From the NCBI RefSeq assembly GCF_006345805.1, contig NC_042998.1, positions 172,422,001 through 172,486,000 of the forward strand: a stretch of DNA of 64,000 bases, given 5' to 3'. Each line of letters starts with the position of its first letter. Position 1 is the stretch's first letter. This DNA comes from Octopus sinensis. Taxonomy: Eukaryota. Positions 10,620 through 23,875 of this stretch are shown here, piece by piece. The position numbers and the translations under genes were made by a program. The notes beneath the pieces are model-generated. The model was given only the letters and a program-made list of their open reading frames with translations, ran no database searches and was not told the origin of the DNA.

Positions 10620-13600
10620 ATTAATCGCTACAGTTGTTTCCACCCAGGTCATATCTAGATAGATAATTCTTGAGGCTAGTAGATAAGGATAGCATAAGTT
10701 GTTCTCTTTTCAAAATCGTTGGCTATACAGAACACAAATTTTTGATCTGCACGGTCGATCTAGACAGACCTCGTAGGTAGGGACCTAGTTACTGGAAGCT
10801 GAACGCGTCATTCCTGGCGTGCCTAGCTTACGGAGACCAGATTAGCGAAGATGTTAAGCGGGCGTTGATGGGGTCAGTGGTCAACAACAAATGGTGTTTT
10901 AACCTGAAAAGGACAATTAGAGTAGAATCGATTAGGTTTAATACGGCATTAGCAATAGAAAGAAATAGAATAGAGGAAAACTTAGCTAGAAACTTAGAAG
11001 AGTCTCATAGGAAAGGCATCGCAGCCGACGTGCTGGCGGCGAGATTGGTCCTGGACCAATTCTTCAACCCTAACTTGTCCTCTTTTCAAAATCGTTGGCT
11101 ATACAGAACATAAATGGCTTGTTAGAGCTAAGGTGTGTGCTCTAAAAACCGAGGGAACGAAAGCCGCTCGATGGCCCCGAATGGAAGAGGCGCAACGTGG
11201 CAAAAGAAAAGCCAGAATTTGATCTTTGGTGGACCAAAATGGTCGCACAGTACTCGAGCTCGAGCAGATGTGTACGGAATTTCAGTGGCACTTGGCCCAA
11301 CTATTTGGGACAAATGGCATTCCGGAACGCAGGATGAACTTAAGTGCCTACCTCGATTGTATTCCATGACTCTCGGCAAGAGGAGAAGAGCGTTACAAAA
11401 TATCATTAACAAACGTGGAAGTACGGGATGCGATGAGGAGCTCCACGAGGATTGGGGATGGAATTGCGTAGCTTAGATAGCCTGCCCTATTAGCTTTACT
11501 AAGACATTTTTGGCGGCCTCTTAGCAGATATCTCCCGCAACTGGCAGCAGAACAGGAGCATTCCTAGTCCTATGAGTCGGGGAGCGGTGGAACTGCTGAG
11601 AAAAAAGCCCAAACAGGGTGGGTGGGGGTGATCAATAGAAAGTTTTAGGTGCATAACGCTGCTGAACGCAGATTTCAAAATGATGGTCAAAGTATTAGCA
11701 AAGTGGTTGACGGTTGTTGTCGAGAAATTGATTCGTGATACGCAAACATGCGCTTTTCCAAGCAGATCCATCCACGGTAACCTCCACCTCATGCGATACA
11801 TCATTGAGGGGAGGAGTACAGAAGCTGGCATTAGTGGAGCCCTGATTAATTTTGGTCAATCTAAAACCTTCAACGGAGTCGAAAACAATATTTTGCGGCC
11901 GACTTCGGTCTCGTTTTCTGTGGTTGGATCGCTGGAACATCCACTGATATTTGCTCTGTAGTTCAAATGAATGGTCCATCAGGGGTGTCTCCTCTTGTCT
12001 CTTCTGTATGTACTGGCTCTTGAGCCATTACTGCGTAAATTGGAGGTGTTGGGAGGCATCCCGCGCAGACTAGGATATGGGAGAACAGTCTCGGCATACG
12101 CAGACTTCGTCATTGTGTCGAACACCAGGCACATAGACCTGATCGACACTTCTCTAAAAGAATGCGCAGCGGTGGCAGAAGCAAGAATTAACCAAGAAAA
12201 GTCAGTGGGCTTGCAGCTCGGCATCTGGAGAGGCAGGTCCACGCCGTCCAATAATATCGTGGGACGCTGGACAGAAAGGCCGGTTAAATTGCTTGGGGTC
12301 TGGTTTGGTCTAGATCTCCAGGTAGAGAAGAAATGGGACGAGGTGACGAGCAGGATTGCCAATATCACCCAGAAATAGGCCTGAAAAGTCGGACGGAAGT
12401 GGCGAATGCTTAGATCGCCTCCATTATATATTACCATCTGACCCAGTTCACATCTGACCAAACTGGAGCGCACACACTTCTACTTTTTGTGGAAGAGACG
12501 CGTTCATTTTCTGTCAGTCGCTCCATTTGCTGTCAACACCTGCTAAACGAAGGGCTGGGCATGCCTTGAATGCTGATGCGCAGACATGCACTGAGGCTAC
12601 GACATATCCAGTACTCCCTTAACGCTGAGTAGGTATAGTTGCCGTTTGGCAGACAGGGTTTTCCACAGCTCACCTCTTTAACTGAGCTGCAGATCTGGAC
12701 CAAGCGTAGACTGAGGCATGGTGCGTGGCACCTAGAGTGCCATCAGGCGCTCACAATCCTCAGTTAGCCGGGAAATGCGGTCGGTGGAAGTCCAACTTTG
12801 GTATTCTATAGAGGGTTACTGGTGGGCAAATGCGACGACGTTCTCAGGAAGACTCTCATCATCTATGAGAATTAGCTGTCTGTCTGATTCAGAGGACTTT
12901 CGTGTCGGAGCCCATGGATAATTTCCAGAAATAGTTGGTCTGGCAGTGCTATCGAGAGGCATTGCCGATTTGGGATAAATTCTACAGACATTGAAATGCC
13001 GTCAGCCAGGCATCCGCCAGATGCGCGCAGGGCGACGAAACTATTTTGCATACTCAGGCCCATTGCTGACTTGTGGATTTATATCAAACACCTGCTGTGA
13101 TGTGTAGGACAGATCCGGCTGTCGGCTGAATCCATTTTGAAGATCATCCTGCCGCCTTTCTTTGACCGGGAAGGGCAGGCAGCGTTTTTTGCCTAGTGGC
13201 CTTATCGAAAGAGGTTGTGTAGTGGACCAGACAGAAAGGGCTTGAAGACAGATACTTTCCTCTTTAGCCAAGCCTGCATTAACTTTTTCAAGTTTTACTT
13301 GGAAAGGAGGGTAGAGAGGGAAGTGTTGCTTCCTAGTAATTTTGCTAAAATGTGGGTGTATGTTGCAAGAATGGCCCGAGCGAACTTTAAGCATGCGCTT
13401 GCAAGTTGAAGGAGGACGATACAGATAAGGCACTTACCCTAGTGGTCAGGGTGACCGTGGCTTTGTGCCCCCCACCCCGAAACCCTAGGAAGCCTCCTTC
13501 TTTTGGAAAATATTTCGTTGTTAAAATTTATTATCGTTTTCACTTTTTACCCGTTTCATTTTATGTAACCCCACATTGTATTGTCCTGTACCGTCCCTAA

Positions 13601-13645
13601 TGTTTTTTGCAAACCCTAAGTGGTTAATGAAGAAAACATTACTAC
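10620..13645 (+). mobile_element. 5'-truncated decayed Tx1/L1-clade LINE
   Basis: SYLDR, GYTEHK, GPSYWKLNASFL, FRCITLLNADFK, HQGCLLLSLLYVLALEPLLRKL, SAYAD, INQEKS, VKLLGVWFG, followed by a 3' UTR. Confidence 0.88.
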
Positions 13646-13799
13646 TCTCTCTCTTTTCTCTTTTACTCTTTTTCTTGTTTCAGTCATTTGCGTGATAAAT
13701 AACCAGTATTTAGAATTCTTGTATAACTAAAATGAAAATGTGTGGAGAACTTGTATAATAGTTAGAACGTTATTTAGTCGGAGATTACAGTAGGAAAGG

Positions 13800-14305
13800 T
13801 CACTCCGCGTCCTCCTTCTCCTCTTCCTCTGATCCCTAGCTGGCGACTGGAGGTGGAGGCTGTCCTTTCAACAAATACGTTGTTGTGGGTACCGCTGGAT
13901 GATAGACTCTGGTGATGATATCATTCCACGCTTTCCGATCCATGTGGTTGGCTTTAACATACTTGAGGTTGAGGTCGAGGTGTTGCGACTTCAGATCTTC
14001 CTCAGTTTATTTCGTTCATATCTCCTTTGGTGCGCTGCGGCGCTGCCTCTCCAGTGCATGGGTCGTTGTCGCCACAAAAGTTATTGAGGTAGTCTTCCAG
14101 TGCTCATCCTGCAGACATGGCCAAATCTTTGCCCTTCGACAGCAGCTGATGGGAGAACGTACGCGCTGAGGGCTTAAGGAATTGTTTGCATTCACCGACT
14201 TCAAGTCTGCATTTGATTGCATCAACTGGACCGGCCTATGGAGATCGTGGGAAACCGAGCAAGTATCTTAGATCATTGCGCTCCTACATTCGGCTTATGT
14301 AGGTC
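13800..14305. mobile_element. RTE-clade LINE fragment with internal inversion
   Basis: Minus strand 14125-13800 encodes an RTE-like C-terminus (FGHVCRMSTGRLPQ...MDRKAWNDII); plus strand 14121-14305 encodes RT motifs QIFALRQ and FTDFKSAFDCI. Confidence 0.75.
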
Positions 14306-14599
14306 ACATATAAAAAGTAAAACGAGAACACCCTTCTTTTTGTTTTGCCTGTAAAATAGGTGTGAAACGGGCATATAGATATCAACATATTTATCAATTA
14401 TAATTATTATTGCTCTTTTTCTAGTTTCAGTTCAAGAGTAGTGACCATACTGGGACACGAGGTATTATTTGTTTGACTATATAGTTTACTAGCAGAATTG
14501 CCCGGCGATGCTCGGGGCTGAATTGCTTGAAAGTACTGTTAATGATTGCACTGAATTATGATGATTATTCAGGCAAATATTGATATAAGTTTACGGCGA

Positions 14600-15290
14600 A
14601 TGAATGTATTTGTAAGTGTATAGAAAGCCGTGTAAAGGGGTTCCTACCCCCTCGTAGAATGGTGTAAGAATTGAATGCGAGGTTGCCTTGAAAAGAGCCA
14701 TGTTATTGTTCTCATAATTGTAAGAATTTGATAGTCGTGGAAGGCGGTGTAAAACGTTCGTAGGTGAATAGGGTCTCTTCGTTTTCCACGAACGGCAGCA
14801 GATGTGCTGTTACAAAACTTCATGCTGTGTTAAAAGAGAATGGATGCCCTATGTAGTGGTATGAGGTTGATAGTGTTATGTTGTCTGTACGGAAATAAAA
14901 GGTCCATATTTTTATCCTTCACTTCCTACACACACACACACACACTCACTCACACACACACACACACAGACACACACACACACGCACGCACACACACACA
15001 CACACAGACACAGACACACACACACACACACAACACACACCTTCTTAGCTTACAATTTGTTTCTTTCAACAATTGACAACTGTAACAAATACACACGTGT
15101 GTGTGTTTAAGTGTTTTTTTGTTGTGTTTCCTGCGTCGACAATTCATTTCCACCCAGTTTAGCAATTCTGTCTTCAACGTCAATGAGTGTTTTGTTGTAG
15201 ATTTCATTGGTGATACCCTCCATGTCAGGATAGAGCAGTTGAGCTTTGCGCTGAAGGGGACAATGTTTTTGAGATTCCGGTTCTAATGTA
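14600..15290 (-). pseudogene. Helitron Pif1-type helicase remnant split by (CA)n
   Basis: IYNKTLIDVEDRIAKLGG, then AAVRGKR, then TILRGGR (cf. ATLL.GGRTAHS) in the expected order and spacing; frameshifted. Confidence 0.55.
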
Positions 15291-15344
15291 AGGCTGGTTT
15301 GAAAGTTGCCTGTATGTATGTACAAAATCCACAGGCTTTTGTTG

Positions 15345-15452
15345 GTCTGAAGCTACAGCAGAAGACACATGCCAAGTCACCACACAGTGGGACTGAACCC
15401 AGGACCATGTGTTTGGAACGTAGTTTGTTACCACACAGCCACACCTGCCCCT
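15345..15452 (-). mobile_element. SINE family A 5' fragment
   Basis: 'cagtgggactgaacccaggaccatgtg...ccacacagccac'. Confidence 0.75.
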
Positions 15453-15453
15453 A

Positions 15454-15489
<36 letters not shown>

Positions 15490-18196
15490 TATGTGGGTAT
15501 GGGTAGATATATTATGCATGTATATATGTGTATATATATATGTGTACATATTACATGTACATCTATTTATATACATCTACACATAAAATACAAAATACAA
15601 AGTTATATCTTGATATCGCTAGTGATAACAATACTCAAAATATATAACAGACTGGAATTGTAGGCCCGTCTCTTGTAATTTCGATCAATTGGATCTTGTC
15701 GTCCCTCTTATATAGAAGTGTATGGCTGCAGCGAAATTCATTTTTGGACTTTCTTCTATCGAAAGCATTTTAACAAAAATGCTTCCGTAAAGACGGTGAA
15801 AATATTGTCAGTTTCCCCAAACAGGGACACAATTCAATTTTTAAACAATAACCAAAGCCCCTTCTCCGAAAGGGGGAGGGTTACGGTTTACAATTATTTA
15901 ACAAATGCAACACAACAACGTTTCCCTGACGAGGAACCAACAAACGTGATTACAATAGTCAAACAGTAATAATAATAACAACAAACCTTTTTAATTTATC
16001 CCCATTTATGTGAAACCACTTATTCAAGTTCAAGTCATTGATGCAATTTTATACGAATTGCTAATACACACATACACATAATAAGGGTGAAAAAATGAAT
16101 ATTAATTTGATTAATATGAATTGAAAACCAGTGGTGTAGCATATAAGACCATAGCGGATCTTCCTCTAGCAAAAAGGATGACCAGTATTAATGGTTCATC
16201 CCTGTTATATAAATACTTTCACTTTAATTGTTGCACACTTGCAAAGAGAAAGGAGGAGAAAATGTAGTGGTAATGGAAGGAGTGAAGCACTTGAAATGAG
16301 AGAGGCAAATCGTAAAATATTGAGTTTTCTCGAATTTTTGCTTAATTGGGGGTCAAATTGAAAAAAACTTTACATGCCATGACCCAATGGAATCTACTTG
16401 GAAAAATCATAGGTAAATTCCAATTGAAGAAATTCTATATTATACAATTGTATAAAAAACGAACGATTTGGGAGGCAGCAGTATCGCTCGGGTTTGTAAG
16501 GGAAATAACTATATAAGCATTTTTAGAGAGTTATAGCCAAAAAATAGCAAAAATGCATTAAAAATGGAAAAAAAATTAAGGTAAATTTTTTTTTAAATCG
16601 TTGACACATCGTAGATATTTTTAGAGAGTTACTTCCCTTATATAATAGCGAAAAAATGCATTAAAATGGAAAAATATGATGGTAAATTTTTTTTAAATCG
16701 TAGACTCATCGTAGACGCGCGCTAATACCCAGAAGGGCTCGATATGAATCACGACTATAAGATACCCGCTTTTGGTTAAACTGCACCGCAAAATGTGGGA
16801 ATAGTTACGAATCTAAATCGTAGGAGACAGACACACAACTTCACTTTTATATATAAAGATATAAGCCACGTAGTTATATACACATACTTTGTTATATACA
16901 CATTCTTAAAAGAAAATGTTATTTTGAACACAACATTTATAAAGAATAAAATATTTTTTGGTTTTTCTTTTAAACGGATGCATACATTTATTAATAACTA
17001 TATATAAGTGTCGTCTGTTTATACATAAACATTGTTTCATTCTGCAATTATATATACATATATCTATATATAATATTATATAATAAAATATATACAGAAT
17101 ATGTGTATATATTTATGTATGTATAAATATATACTGAAAGAAGCTCGGCTCGCCAATTAATACTTCCAAAATTTAACGACAGAAAGTAAATTAAAAACCA
17201 ATTTACCTTTTCTGTATTGTTATGGCAATCCGACCGTCGGTGTGTTTTTGCAAATGTGTTCGAATGAGAAGTGAGTTGTGTTTGGCGCCTTTTTTTACTA
17301 ATAACAAACACACACGTGTTTGTATGTAGTTGTTTGAAACGTTTGTGTTTGTCACTGTCATATATGTATGTGTATGCGTGTGTGTGAGGAATGGCAAACC
17401 AGATAGATAGCGTGAGTGAAGAAGATCGCTCCGTTTTTTTTTGTGTGTGTGTGTGCGTGTGCTGTAGCCCACACTAAGAAAAGCACTTGACTTACACACC
17501 ACAATGTGAGTTTTCTCTAAATTTTGCTTAATTGGGGTTGAAATTTTAAAAACCGGACCTGGCACGACCCGATTTATTCTACTCTTAAAAATGCTAGGTA
17601 AATTGTAATTGAAGAAATCCTATATTGTAGATTTCTATAAGAGACAAAGGGAGGCAGATAAAATCTGCCTTTTATAATAAGAGATTATAATAAGAGATAA
17701 GAGATCATAAGAGATAAGAGATAAGAGAAGATAAATTTCTGTTTTTTTTTCTCGAAAAAAAAGAAAGAAAAAAAATGAAACGTGTAAGAAGTCACCTTAC
17801 TATTACTTTTCTGCCTCACTGACCTTCTTCGTAATAGTCCATAACTTATATACTACCGAGATGACGAAGCAGTAAATGTTCTTCCCACCCTTTTTATTAC
17901 TTTTTGTTCGCATCTACTTCAACACACTACATTTTCTGAAAGCAAATTCCTTACATACGTAAGAAGTATTTCATTACAGTAAATAATTTTGTCTTTACGA
18001 GTGTGGATTATGTGATCAAGTGAATGATGATTCATTTATTTCGTTAGTGTCTTGGTTGAAGTCGAGTCGTGTAGTGTAGTGTGCGGCCCTGTCGTGTTTA
18101 TTGCAATAGGGACAAACGCTGAAGGAAATGAATGAGAGTATCATACTCAGGAAAGATGTTCCGTTTTGAACACTAATAATATTTTCATAGAGTAAG

Positions 18197-18585
18197 GACT
18201 GGGACTGGAAGCACTCCGTCGGTTACGACGACGAGGGTTCCGGTTGATCCGAATCAACGGAACAGCCTGCTCGTGAAATTAACGTGTAAGTGGCTGAGCA
18301 CTCCACAGACACGTGTACCCATAACGTAGTTCTCGGGGATATTCAGCGTGATACAGTGACAAGGCCGGCCCTTTGAAATACAGGTACTACAGAAACAGGA
18401 AGTAAGAGTGAGAGAAAGTTGTGGTGAAAGAGTGCAGCAGGGATCACCACCATCCCTGCCGGAGCCTCGTGGAGGTTTAGGTGTTTTCGCTCAATAAACA
18501 CTCACAACGTCCGGTCTGGGAATCGAAACCGCAATCCTATGACCGCGAGTCCGCTGCCCTAACCACTGGGCCATTGCGCCTCCCC
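18197..18585 (-). mobile_element. Full-length tRNA-derived SINE, family B, with 11-bp TSD
   Basis: Head ggaggcgcaatggcccagtggttagggcagcggactcgcgg...ggtttcgattccc (A/B boxes); (ccagt)n tail; TSD CATAGAGTAAG at 18186-18196 and 18586-18596. Confidence 0.92.
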
Positions 18586-19555
18586 CATAGAGTAAGACAA
18601 GATAGCTAAAGATAAAAATAAGTTACTGAGAGCAATATCACAGAAACGTCAACAGCATGAAAAGACGGAAGCCAAGTCAGTGTTATATTTAATTCAGTGA
18701 TAATGAGAAGTAATTATGTTGAGAGAAAAGACAATATTAGTTAATGACTAATGTTATTTTAATTATTTCGTCAAATACGGAAGATAACTGCAGGTGTATT
18801 TCGGCCTTAGTAAATCTACTCAGCTACAAATAATAGTCACAAGGATAGAGATATTTTTCTAATCAGAGTCTACACACACATATTAATCTAACAATGACTA
18901 ATAACTTAACAGGGCCTTAACACAACCATTCAGTCACACGGTACTGATAGTTATATCAAACGGCTATTGTTGTTGCTTTGTCACAGGGAAACTTGTTTAA
19001 GCAAACCTATGCGCAAAAATATTCTTTGCATGCATAGTTTATCTAGAATCAAATTTGTTATGTTCTTTCCTTGTTTAACGACAGGGGAGATTTTAGGGAG
19101 AGTTGATTGCTATTTCTAGCAGGACGAGCTACTATATAGAGACTCTCTTGTTGGTATGATTGGCGAGCACAGAATTGGTAATGTGGTGAACGAAATGATT
19201 TGTATGTTATAGGAATTCGTAAGACATGATCCTAGCTAGCTTGAAGGAGCAGAGTGAAGAGACAGCTTGGAGGTAGGCCAGAAGATGAAGTGTGTCTGTG
19301 AGTAATTTTATTCCACTCAGTTGGGTGTACCTTTTCTGTGTGCAGTCTACAATGTCTTTGTGTGTTGCAGCAACACCATCCTGATCTGAGAGCAATACCC
19401 CGTTATGAGTTTCTCCTGAACTTTGTTGAGTATCAATGATTATCGGTGGTTGAGTAGGAAGGAAGAGTCAGTACTTGGGATGCGGTCTTAGCTATATTAA
19501 TGATATATTTTCGTCTGGGGAGATCTTCAATAATAGTGAGGCCCAACATTTAGAG

Positions 19556-19730
19556 AAGTGTTTCTCAACCGGGGTCCATATGGACCCTGGAGTTCATATA
19601 AGATATTTAAGGTGTCAAAACAAGCAAAATAGTAAAATGGGAATCCACAATAGTATTTTAAGGGTCCTTGAAAAGAAAATTTGTTTTAAATGTATTTATT
19701 GCAAGAAACAACTCGATTTCTTTCTCTAAC
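19556..19730 (+). mobile_element. Possible hAT/Charlie-type MITE end
   Basis: 'agtgtttctcaaccggggtccatatggaccc' resembles CAGTG.TTCTCAACC hAT termini; no partner TIR found. Confidence 0.35.
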
Positions 19731-20589
19731 ATTTTACATGCCCTGAAGCTATAAATCTTTTGAACGCTCGCCCTACCCTCAAACTAACTTCTTAATGTCA
19801 TCCAAGGTTTACTGTTCCTCTCATTCCAAGTCAGCCTCAGTTGGAATCAAGTTCGACTAACCCACCGTGGTAAAGTGTTGTTTTTATATTGCTTTGAAAT
19901 GTTATGTATCATCTGATGAAAGCGTTTTTTTTTAGTATTGATGTAATGTACTCATTAATCTATTAAAGAAACAGCTGTAATAAATTGGCGTGTACCCATC
20001 TTTTTTATTTATTCATTTGTTCATAATACACCTCACTGTACTCTCGCCTCATCGGACATTCTGGAGTATACCAAATAGCGTACCAATACAACGTGCACTT
20101 TCGGATTAGCCCATAGACTCTGGATCTTTCACTGGATGTACTTCGGTACCCATGATATTTTTTCGACTAAAGGTGCAGCTTACAAATTAACTCAACCCAA
20201 CCTGGTGTCTATCATTTAAGTACCTGAGTCTTTTGAATCCTTAATATTGGATATATATAACTTATGGTATACATATAAACAGGGCAAATTTTAGCCATTT
20301 CTCCGCAGACTTATAAGAAAAAATAATGAACAACCTTAATCAATTTTCGAACCTTACTGGGGTTTCATCAGAAGTATCCACATCATTCTAACAATTTCCA
20401 GAAAGATAAGCTGCCAAACTGTTTATATACTCAACAAATGCAGCAGTTACTCTCTGAAGGAATACCTAATTTGCATACCGAAAGTGTTTAACACTCTATA
20501 AATACAAGCGGCCTGTCAACGGGGATCTTAGTACGCACAATACCAAGGTATGATATAATATATATGGAACATTTGATATACAAGCTTCT

Positions 20590-20740
20590 TTCAGTTTCCA
20601 GCTACCAAATCCTCTCACAACGCTTTGGTCGGGCCGAGACTATTGTAGAAAACACTTGGCCAAAGTACTATGCAGTGGGATTGAACCCAGAACCATGTGA
20701 TTGGAAAGCAAGCTTGGGCAACTGGACGCGACCGCAGTGT
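20590..20740 (-). mobile_element. SINE family A fragment
   Basis: 'aaatcctctcacaacgctttggtcgggccgagactat...gcagtgggattgaacccagaaccatgtg'. Confidence 0.7.
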
Positions 20741-21282
20741 CAGTCATTATATACAATCATTATATACAAACAATCGATCGCTTGGATGATTCTTTGCTTC
20801 TCCATCAACTGGGTTATATGTAAGGAAACTCTAGGAAAATGTCACATGCAAGATTTACAGTACATTCGCGCGCACGTACGCGCACGAGCACACACTCACA
20901 TACACGCAATGCGCACGCACGCACGCACATGCACACACACATACACACACAGTTGAATTGAGTATGTGCTTAGGTCGCAGAAGTGCGATGAAAATTTTGA
21001 AACTTCAAGAAATATACAAAACGTAACGAAGAGCTACGAATGTAGTTCAATAGTTAATATGGCTCTCCTACGACCTAATTGTTATACAGATATATATTCA
21101 TTTATAGCAGACTCAATTCAACAATATCTGTTGAAACTCTAAAATATAAAAGCATAAACAACCTAAAAAAAAAATTAAATTGTCAGGAAAACGGGAGAAA
21201 ATAGCATTTATTATATTTTATTCTATTCTCGCTTTTTTGTTCCAAGCTTTAAATATTCTGACATTCACTTATAGTATAGTAA

Positions 21283-22046
21283 GTCCTGCAATTTCGGGGT
21301 GGAGGTTAAGTCGATTAAGTGCTTAACTGGTACTTGTTTTATCGCTTCCGAAAGGATAAAAGCAAGGTCGCCCTCGTCGGAATTTGAACTCAGAATGTGA
21401 AGACAGATGACATGCCGGTAAGCACTTCACTCGGCGGGCTAACGATTCTTATTTCTTTACTGCCCACTAGGGGCTACGCTCAGAGGGGACAAACAAGGAC
21501 AGACATAGGTACTAAGTCGACTACATCGACCCCAGTGCGTAAAACTGGTACTTATTTAATCGACCCCGAAAGGATGAAAGGTAAAGTCGACCTCGGCGGA
21601 ATTTGAACTCAGAACGTAACGGCAGACGAAATACCTATTTCTTTACTACCCACAAGGGGCTAAACACAGAGAGGACAAACAAGGACAGACATAGGTACTA
21701 AGTCGACTACATCGACCCCAGTGCGTAAAACTGGTACTTATTTAATCGACCCCGAAAGGATGAAAGGTAAAGTCGACCTCGGCGGAATTTGAACTCAGAA
21801 CGTAACGGCAGACGAAATACCTATTTCTTTACTACCCACAAGGGGCTAAACACAGAAGGAATAAACAAGGACAGACAAACAGATTAAGTCGATTACATCG
21901 ACCCTAGTACGTAACTGGTACTTATTTAATCGACCCCGAAAGGATAAAAGGCAAAGTCGACCTCGGCGGAATTTGAACTCAGAACGCAGCGACTGACGAA
22001 ATACTGCTAAGCATTTCGCCCGGCGTGCTAACGTCGGCTCACCGCC
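21283..22046 (-). mobile_element. SINE family M tandem array (186-bp period, 3 units plus an adjacent diverged copy)
   Basis: 'gacagac' landmarks at 21498, 21684 and 21870; tRNA head only at the 22046 end; B box gagttcaaatt and body gtcgactttgcctttcatcctttcggggtcgat in every unit. Confidence 0.9.
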
Positions 22047-23416
22047 TACTTGAGGGAAATAATAATAATGATTAAATGAAATTATTGCAAACTGTACTCA
22101 GATGCACCGCAAATATTCGTTTGAGCTCAATTGAAATAATCATTTAGATAAATATTAGTTTGTTTTGAACTTGATAAAGCGACTGTCCATGTCGTGTGTA
22201 GAGTTAATAGGAAGTTATGATATTCATATTATTCTCTACGTCATTAATAGCGAAATTATGATGAATAGGCAATTAAGATAAATAGATTCGGCCTTTGATA
22301 GATGTCTACCTCTTTTATATTGTGTGATAATGTGATTACACAGTCATCCCACCCCATAAATATTTAGGTGTGTGTGTGTGTCGACTGATCTTCAGTTATT
22401 GTTCTCTTCCTTCTGTTTCTAATGCACATATTCACTGAATATCGAGATATCAAATTTCATTTTCTAATTTCCCTTGTAAATGATTTTACTAGTAGAAATT
22501 CCACAAGGGCTATAATCGCAAACAGAGTTACTTCCCTTGGATTACAAACCAAAACAAGATAAAACATAGCGGAGAGAAAACGGAAAAAGTAACTTTTCAA
22601 TCAAAGCCTACAATTTTACAACCGACTTCAAGGCGACGAATGGTAGAATTTATATAGTTGCATCCTTTCATGTTCCGAATTAAAGTATCATTTAAGTACT
22701 GTGGTAGATAAAATCGGTTGTAAACTTTGTCACAAAATTTATGGTCGTGTGTTAAGGCCAGAAAACCTTTTATTTCCATCGTCATTCCATTAGTTCACCA
22801 ATTCTGCCAGAGTCCTGTCTGCTTCTCGTTCATTCGAGGTAGATAACTAAATGAATGATAGAGTCAATTAAATCGACCACACCTTCTCAATAAGTTTATG
22901 GTATTGTGCAAAACATTTTTGGAGATGTACATGTCTAGCAAGTAATTTGATCTGACACTGTGTGTTGAAACAAAAATAGTTATAGCGTGAAAGACACATA
23001 TTAACCATTCAAAAATACACAAAAACTGTTAATTTGGCTTCACCTTTTTATTATCTAGTGTCAAAATTTTCATCTCTCCAATTGCGACCTGGTCGCTGTC
23101 GCAGTGCGAAAATTACGATAGCAAATAATAAATGCTAAAGTGAAGTTAACAATTTTTGATTTTGCTTTTGAATAACTAACGTGTTTTTCACGTTGTTATT
23201 GTTAGATTCTTTTAATTTTTTTTTTCAAAATAAAATAACCAGATCTTGTGAAGGTCTCATTGCTTATGGAAAGTACAGGAAAGGCAGCTGTCCCTCGAGA
23301 GCGAGCATAATTTAATAAACTTTCGCTAATTGTTTTAAAATCCTGTGTTGTCACGAACAGACATAGACACCATCTCACCTCCCTCTCTGATCTAGAGGAA
23401 CATCTGGGATATGACT

Positions 23417-23872
<456 letters not shown>

Positions 23873-23875
<3 letters not shown>

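Larger units (their letters stand above)
14489..17684 (-). mobile_element. Composite Helitron (stacked non-autonomous units plus helicase remnant)
   Basis: 3' end cccgagcatcgccggg hairpin + CTAG|T at 14489-14516. Minus-strand A|TC 5' ends at 17684 (atctcttattataaaaggcag) and 16859 (atctttatatataaaagtg). 16318-16476 repeats 17504-17668. Confidence 0.72.

Noticed and set aside
18500-18585. tRNA-like sequences in SINE heads (also 399-480, 41737-41810, 49490-49560)
   Set aside because: They continue into SINE bodies and lack a full cloverleaf/acceptor stem; SINE heads, not tRNA genes
19200-19490. Possible L1-like ORF2 fragment on the minus strand
   Set aside because: No diagnostic EN or RT motif
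19890-19930. GAAA...CTGATGA permuted hammerhead-like motif
   Set aside because: No stem I and poor stem III; expected by chance in AT-rich DNA
21447-22046. Regular repeats with hairpins superficially like a CRISPR array
   Set aside because: 186-bp near-identical units without unique spacers, no cas genes, eukaryotic SINE context
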